The notes beneath the pieces were generated by a model. That model searched no databases, was not told the origin of the DNA, and saw only the letters and a program-made list of their open reading frames with translations. Shown here piece after piece: positions 58,572 through 64,000 of a DNA stretch of 64,000 nt. The stretch is from Candidatus Helarchaeota archaeon (GTDB lineage: Archaea > Asgardarchaeota > Lokiarchaeia > Helarchaeales > RDOG01), in NCBI GenBank assembly GCA_019058315.1, contig JAHPZH010000002.1:416001-480000 (forward strand), read 5' to 3'. The position numbers and the translations under genes are program-made. The stretch's first letter is position 1; each line of letters starts with the position of its first letter.

Positions 58572-59882
58572 TTAATATATTTCATCTGTTTTTGGAGCAT
58601 ATGCTTCTATTTCAAGTTCTTCATTAATTTTCTTAGTAAATTCCGTACATGCGTTTTCTTCACCATGTATACAAAAGATTTTTGCGTCTGGGTTTAAATC
58701 TAGATTTTCTACGAATTTCCATAATTGATTTTTATCCGCATGGGATGAAAAGTTATAATTATTTAATTTCGCATCCACCATAATCTTTTCATGGTCCTCT
58801 TTAGATACAAAATACCCATTATCCAATAATAAACGTCCTGGACTTTCAGGAACTTGATAACTTACAAGAAAAATCCCATTATTTTCATTATTAGCAAGAG
58901 ATTCTAGATACATTACAGCAGTTCCACCTTGTAACATACCACTAGGAGCAATAATAACTCCGGGTTTAGACATAGCAGCTAATCTTTCCTTCCTCTTTTT
59001 TCGGTGAAATGATATAAGTTTCCCCTTTTTCAACGCAGATTTATAAAAATCAAAATCTTTCATAAAAGCTGGGTGATCCCTAATAATTAAACTTGCTGTT
59101 CGTGCCATTCCATCAAGATGAATTGGATATTTAATGTTATATTTCGTTAAAACTAGTAAAATTTCTTGAGATCTACTCACACCAAATGCCGGAACTAAAA
59201 CTATGCCATCATTTTCGACTATTTGCTTTACATCTTGGAAAAAATCTTTCTCAGTTTGTAAACGATCTGGATGCTCCTCTAAAGCGTAGGTACTCTCAAT
59301 TATTACATAATCCAGATTAGGAAAATCTATATGTGCATTATTAACTAATCTAGTCTGTGATAAATTAAAGTCGCCAGTATATAGAATCCTCTTTCCATCA
59401 ATTTCTAATAAAGTAATTATACTACCAGGAATATGCCCTGCGTTATAGAATGTTAAAGAAATTCCATTTTTAATTTTCACTTTATTATATCCAAAGGTCT
59501 GCGTGTTTTTTATCATCTGAATTACTTCCTGCTTTTCATAGGGCAGGAAATATTTAGAGATTTTAATCGTATCAAAAATAATTAAACGTGCCAGATCAAT
59601 GGTGGGTGGTGTTGTAAGTAATTTCGGAGTCGCAGTACCACTATATAGAAGAGGTAAACCACATGAATGATCTGCATGACAATGTGATAAGACAATAAAA
59701 TTTAAATCTTTTGGGCTGACAATAGAGGGAAATTTAGGAGGTTTTCCCATCATCATTCCATAATCTAATAATATATTTTTATTATCAGAACTAATTGAAA
59801 TAGCAGAACCGCCTATAGTCCTGCAACCACCTAAGAATTTCATCTCGACCATTAAATTCAGTCCGATTTTGACACAGTGCAC
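58572..59882 (-). CDS. MBL-fold beta-CASP ribonuclease (aCPSF2-like)
   Basis: SHCHADH, AGHIPG, YTGD, ESTY, PAFGVSRSQE, FSSHAD, IHGE. Confidence 0.92.
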   Translation of the reverse strand: MHCVKIGLNLMVEMKFLGGCRTIGGSAISISSDNKNILLDYGMMMGKPPKFPSIVSPKDLNFIVLSHCHADHSCGLPLLYSGTATPKLLTTPPTIDLARLIIFDTIKISKYFLPYEKQEVIQMIKNTQTFGYNKVKIKNGISLTFYNAGHIPGSIITLLEIDGKRILYTGDFNLSQTRLVNNAHIDFPNLDYVIIESTYALEEHPDRLQTEKDFFQDVKQIVENDGIVLVPAFGVSRSQEILLVLTKYNIKYPIHLDGMARTASLIIRDHPAFMKDFDFYKSALKKGKLISFHRKKRKERLAAMSKPGVIIAPSGMLQGGTAVMYLESLANNENNGIFLVSYQVPESPGRLLLDNGYFVSKEDHEKIMVDAKLNNYNFSSHADKNQLWKFVENLDLNPDAKIFCIHGEENACTEFTKKINEELEIEAYAPKTDEIY

Positions 59883-60013
59883 TTGCGTATTTGAAAAAAT
59901 TAGTATTAATTCATTTTATTTAACTAGATTATGTAAAAAAAATACCTTTTTTATATTTAGTAATGTAATCAGATTACTATAAAAATATAAAAATTAGGTG
60001 AATAATTCAGAAA

Positions 60014-60868
60014 TTAACAAATATATCCAAAGTTAGCTTGTTCAGAGCTTGAATTAAGACCCAATTCTTTTTTGATTGTTTCTTTTTCGTTATTTAATTT
60101 TACTTCCATTCCCATTATTTGTTCATGAGTAAATTCTGCATCCATCGTAAGAGATAGTTCCTCATTTAAAACTTCAATCAATCTTAAAGATGCTTTTAAA
60201 TCGTATGAGTCCCCATTCATAGCTGCATAACCATTAGTTTCAGCTAGTAAAACCACTCCGTCAATTTCAAAATTCCTTTTTGCTAAAGTAGGTACGAGTC
60301 CATTTACACCAATTACTACTCCTTTATTTATTTTTTGAATCCATTCATTTTTTGCGAATTTGTCTAGCAACTCTTTAGATGTCGCTGTTACATAAACAAA
60401 GGTTTCTTTGTTTGGTCTCTCAATTGGATAGCCTCCTAACGTTAAGATAAGATTTACATTATAATTTGCCATTAACTTAGCTATAAATTCAGATATTGTA
60501 TAAATTCCTCTTGGACTCATGGGCTGAGCGTCTGCAGTGACTAAAAATATATCCTGCTTATTTAGTGGATCTTTATAAAAATAGATTTCGGCTGTAGGGG
60601 CATAAAGTAATGAATCATTTATAATTGCACCTGCAGGATAATCAGAAAAAGTAATATCTATGATTTTCTCTGCTTTAAAAGCTTTTATTAAATGATCCAA
60701 GGCAATCTTACCTATATCTGCAACTCCTGGCGCACCTAGAATGCAAATTGGGTCATTTAAATCATTTCTATCAATATCATTTAACACTCTCAAATTTGTA
60801 ATAAAATCATTATTTTGACTACCACACACCATGTTTTCGACTGGAACATTTTTTTTCATTTTTTTCAA
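60014..60868 (-). CDS. PAC2 family proteasome assembly chaperone
   Basis: GAPGVADIGKIA, ADAQP, TLGG, IGVNG, LLAET. Confidence 0.88.
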   Translation of the reverse strand: MKKMKKNVPVENMVCGSQNNDFITNLRVLNDIDRNDLNDPICILGAPGVADIGKIALDHLIKAFKAEKIIDITFSDYPAGAIINDSLLYAPTAEIYFYKDPLNKQDIFLVTADAQPMSPRGIYTISEFIAKLMANYNVNLILTLGGYPIERPNKETFVYVTATSKELLDKFAKNEWIQKINKGVVIGVNGLVPTLAKRNFEIDGVVLLAETNGYAAMNGDSYDLKASLRLIEVLNEELSLTMDAEFTHEQIMGMEVKLNNEKETIKKELGLNSSSEQANFGYIC

Positions 60869-60930
60869 AACTCCATTTACTTAAACACTTTTTTGATTAG
60901 TATGACTATATTTCTATTGGAGACTATTTA

Positions 60931-61010
60931 TTTGTTAACAATATCTAGGTATTACAATCGTAATACGTTAATAATACAGATGTAATATCTGGGTATATAG
61001 TTTTAACAAA
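60931..61010 (+). other. Long imperfect inverted repeat / RNA stem-loop in the PAC2-metG intergenic region
   Basis: ATATCTAGGTATTACA (60941-60956) pairs with TGTAATATCTGGGTAT (60981-60996) with 3 G-U; outer TTTGTTAA/TTAACAAA. Confidence 0.5.
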
Positions 61011-61402
61011 CTTTATCATAATTATTCTTTAAAACTTCTATAAAAAAAATTCAAACGCTGCCAATGATAACTAATATAAATAAAATAATTGAAAATATGG
61101 GAGTAAAAAGAAAATTCGCAAAGTAAAATGATAAAAGTCTATTTTTCAGGTTCCAATTTATTCTTTTTACTCAATATTATTACTGAGTTTTTTTATTATT
61201 GTAAACTTTTTAAGTGATCTTTGTTAAAATATTAAAAAGAACTTGAGGTTTAGGATATAAATATAAGATTAGATATTTTTTTCTTATAATTAAGCCAATT
61301 CTCATTACATTTATCCTACCAAGATTTTAAATCTCAATTTTTTATACTTCATTTCAAAAATTATAATAATAAAAAATAATCATATTTAACGAAGGTGATG
61401 TC

Positions 61403-63442
61403 ATGAGCAAAGAAAAATGGATTGTAACTTCTGCATGGCCTTACGCCTATGGAATTCCTCACTTAGGCAATCTTATCGGATCTACGTTATCAGCTGATGT
61501 ATTTGCTAGATATTTACGTTCTAAAGGAGCTGAAGTGGTAATGGTCTCTGGTAGTGATGAACATGGAACTCCAAATACCGTTGAGGCAATTAAACAAGGG
61601 CTTGAACCGATTGAACTCACAAATAGAATTCACAAAGCTATTAGTGATCTATATAAGAAATGGGCCATTTCCTTTGATAATTATACTCGAACTCACAATC
61701 CTGTACACATAAAATTTGTTCAAGATTTTTATCGCCTTATATATGATAATGGATACACTTTTACTCAAGAAATTGAAATGCTTTACTGCCCAAAAGATGA
61801 AATATTCCTCCCTGATCGGTTTGTGGAGGGTATTTGTCCCCATTGTGGCGAGAATGCTCGCGGAGATCAATGCGAATCATGTGATCGCTTGTTAGAACCA
61901 ACCGATTTAATAAAACCATATTGTAATATTTGTAAAATAACAACACCTATAATTAAAAAAACCAAACATTGGTATTTTGACTTTAAAAAATTTGAGGAAC
62001 CTTTGAAGGATTTTATTGAAACACACCCAGTTATCCCTGACAATGCACGGAATTGGTGCCTTGGAATTTTAAAAGAAGGATTAAAACCCCGTTCCATCAC
62101 ACGCGATTTAAAATGGGGAATACCAGCACCATTTCCAGGTTCAGAGGGTAAATCTATATATGTTTGGTTTGAAGCTGTTCTAGGTTATATTAGTGCTACA
62201 AAGCAATGGACAGAGGAAAATAACAGACCAGATTATTGGAAGAAATTCTGGTTTGATAGAAATACAAAAACCGTTTATTTCATCGGTAAAGACAATATTC
62301 CATTCCACTTACTTATATTTCCCGCACTTTTAATGGCAACTGAATTAGATTATGTCTTTCCTTATAACGTTTCATCGACTGAATTCCTTCTTTATGATGG
62401 TCAAAAGTTTAGCAAATCTCATAATATCGGCATTTGGATGGATGAAGCCTTAGAATTAGCTCCAGCAGACTATTGGCGATATAGCCTTATTGCAGCAAGA
62501 CCGGAGCTGAAAGATGTAAGTTTTTCATTAAGTGAATTGGCAACTTATGTTAACTCGGATTTAAATGATGTGCTTGGAAATTTCATACACCGAACATTAA
62601 CCTTTATATTGAATTATTTTCAGGGGAAAGTTCCGGATAGAAATCAATTAGATGAAAATGACAATGAATTAATTCAAGCAATTAAAGAAACGCCGCAAAA
62701 AGTAGCGAACTTAATTGAATCTTTTAAATTCAAAGCTGCTCTTAAAGAGGTTATCGGATTAGCTAGAAAAGGTAATAATTATTTAAGTATAAAAGAGCCA
62801 TGGCATCAAATCAAAAAAGATAAAATTACTACAGGTACTACATTGAACCTATGTATTCAATTAGTTCGCTCCCTAGCAATTTTACTTTCTCCATTTATTC
62901 CGAATTCTAGCCAAAAAATATGGGATTTGTTGGGAATTAAAGGTAATATTTCAAAAATACAATGGGATGAAGCATCCAAATTATTGATTTCGTCAAGACA
63001 TACAATAGATAAACCAATACCTCTTTTCCATAAAATCAAAGAGAAAGAATTAAATACAAAACTTGAATCCATGAAGAGTAGAAAAAATTCAGAAACAATT
63101 GAAAAATCGCAAATTTCAAAACAAGTAACTCTTGAAGAATTTAAAAAATTAGATATACGAACAGCAAAGATTAAAGAAGCAAAAAAAGTTTCAAATTCAA
63201 AACAATTGATTTCACTAAAGATTCAAATAGGAGAGAGAGAACAAAATATTGTTGCGGGAATAGGTAAAGAATATAATCCAGAAGATCTAAAAGACAAAAT
63301 AATTATTGTCATTACAAATCTTGAACCCAAAAAGATACGTGGAATTGAATCCAAGGGAATGCTATTAGCTGCAGATTTAAATGGTAAACCAATACTTTTA
63401 ACAACTGATAAAGAAGTCGATTCTGGTCTAAAAGTAAAATAA
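61403..63442 (+). CDS. metG: Methionyl-tRNA synthetase with C-terminal tRNA-binding domain
   Basis: PHLGN (HIGH), GSDEHG, zinc knuckles, YVWFEA, KFSKS, EMAP-like C-terminus. Confidence 0.97.
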   Translation: MSKEKWIVTSAWPYAYGIPHLGNLIGSTLSADVFARYLRSKGAEVVMVSGSDEHGTPNTVEAIKQGLEPIELTNRIHKAISDLYKKWAISFDNYTRTHNPVHIKFVQDFYRLIYDNGYTFTQEIEMLYCPKDEIFLPDRFVEGICPHCGENARGDQCESCDRLLEPTDLIKPYCNICKITTPIIKKTKHWYFDFKKFEEPLKDFIETHPVIPDNARNWCLGILKEGLKPRSITRDLKWGIPAPFPGSEGKSIYVWFEAVLGYISATKQWTEENNRPDYWKKFWFDRNTKTVYFIGKDNIPFHLLIFPALLMATELDYVFPYNVSSTEFLLYDGQKFSKSHNIGIWMDEALELAPADYWRYSLIAARPELKDVSFSLSELATYVNSDLNDVLGNFIHRTLTFILNYFQGKVPDRNQLDENDNELIQAIKETPQKVANLIESFKFKAALKEVIGLARKGNNYLSIKEPWHQIKKDKITTGTTLNLCIQLVRSLAILLSPFIPNSSQKIWDLLGIKGNISKIQWDEASKLLISSRHTIDKPIPLFHKIKEKELNTKLESMKSRKNSETIEKSQISKQVTLEEFKKLDIRTAKIKEAKKVSNSKQLISLKIQIGEREQNIVAGIGKEYNPEDLKDKIIIVITNLEPKKIRGIESKGMLLAADLNGKPILLTTDKEVDSGLKVK

Positions 63443-63605
63443 TTAGATCCACAACCCTTATCAAAATATTCAAAAAGATCTTTTTTCCTAAATAACTAAA
63501 ACTTAATATATAAAGCAATCATATTAAATTTCAAAAGAAATACAAAATAACAAATTATGTATAATAATGGCATGAAATGATTAACGGGGTAGGCGTTAAG
63601 TCAAA

Positions 63606-64000
63606 ATGGCGGAAACCGATAAAGACCTAGACAAAATGAGAAATGAACTGAAAACATTGGTAGATAATTACACAAATCTCATCAAAGACCTTCCACTTGT
63701 TGATCTAGATCCATCTAATTATAATCTTGAGAATATTATTAACAATCTAAAAGATAAAGAGGATGAAATGAGAAAAAGCGAGGAAGATATGAACAATTTC
63801 TTCCAAACTGCGCTTAAAATGCTTGAACTAAGAGTTAATTCTAATATACTCCACCAACATTTTATCGGTTGTCTAAATGTCGCAAATAATTGTGAGGATT
63901 TAATGTGTTTTAAAATATTTATGTCACAAGCATATACTGCCTACTTACAACAATTAACGTTCATTAAAAAATTCTTAGAACTCCTTGATGAGGTTGATAT
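63606..64000 (+). CDS. Hypothetical helical protein (runs off the right window edge; not in ORF track)
   Basis: MAETDKDLDKMRNELKTLVDNYTNLIKDL... open to the window end. Confidence 0.65.
   Translation, partial: MAETDKDLDKMRNELKTLVDNYTNLIKDLPLVDLDPSNYNLENIINNLKDKEDEMRKSEEDMNNFFQTALKMLELRVNSNILHQHFIGCLNVANNCEDLMCFKIFMSQAYTAYLQQLTFIKKFLELLDEVD

Noticed and set aside
60897-60928. Eukaryote-like SECIS (AUGA...GA) in the PAC2-metG spacer
   Set aside because: The upper helix is too short and there is no adjacent TGA-containing gene on that strand.
4120-63518. Many short antisense or alternate-frame ORFs in the track (e.g. 8556-8879, 14254-14634, 18932-19483, 39701-40045, 48321-48623, 58212-58559)
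   Set aside because: They overlap well-supported genes, have S/I/F-rich shadow composition and carry no motifs.
1-64000. CRISPR arrays, IS elements, rRNA genes
   Set aside because: No regularly spaced repeats, transposase ORFs or long GC-rich RNA genes were seen by eye.

Overview
AT-rich (roughly 30% GC by eye) chromosomal segment of an Asgard archaeon, most likely Lokiarchaeia/Helarchaeales-like. The assignment is inferred from a Rab-like GTPase, an Asgard-type profilin, longin-like domains, eL38/eL40, a presenilin-like protease and PSTK together with archaeal TBP, ThrRS and EF-1beta. Most of the window is housekeeping (thrS, metG, tbp, rfc, cdc48, truD, pth2, map, RecJ/Cdc45-like, Hef helicase, thiDN). 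It also holds a glycan/lipid-modification cluster at the left end and an hdrCB-hdrA/mvhD-polyferredoxin (FwdF-like) operon. No IS element, prophage or CRISPR array is evident. Main observations: (i) a 7-TM protein with a C-terminal longin-like domain directly downstream of a Rab-like GTPase, a candidate receptor-GEF module; (ii) a TPR + CPBP intramembrane protease ending in two tandem helical repeats that align with the Snf7/ESCRT-III hairpin; (iii) a profilin with a long Q/P/T linker and an extra domain; (iv) a protein with tandem NPRL2-like winged helices; (v) a head-to-head nucleotidyltransferase pair overlapping pstK; (vi) an RFC pair with degenerate ATPase motifs, the small subunit resembling eukaryotic Rfc5; (vii) a tRNA-Val(CAC) with a ~25-nt D-loop insertion; (viii) small ORFs and strand-specific RNA hairpins missed by the ORF track. 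All family calls come from motif recognition and recalled sequences; no searches were run.
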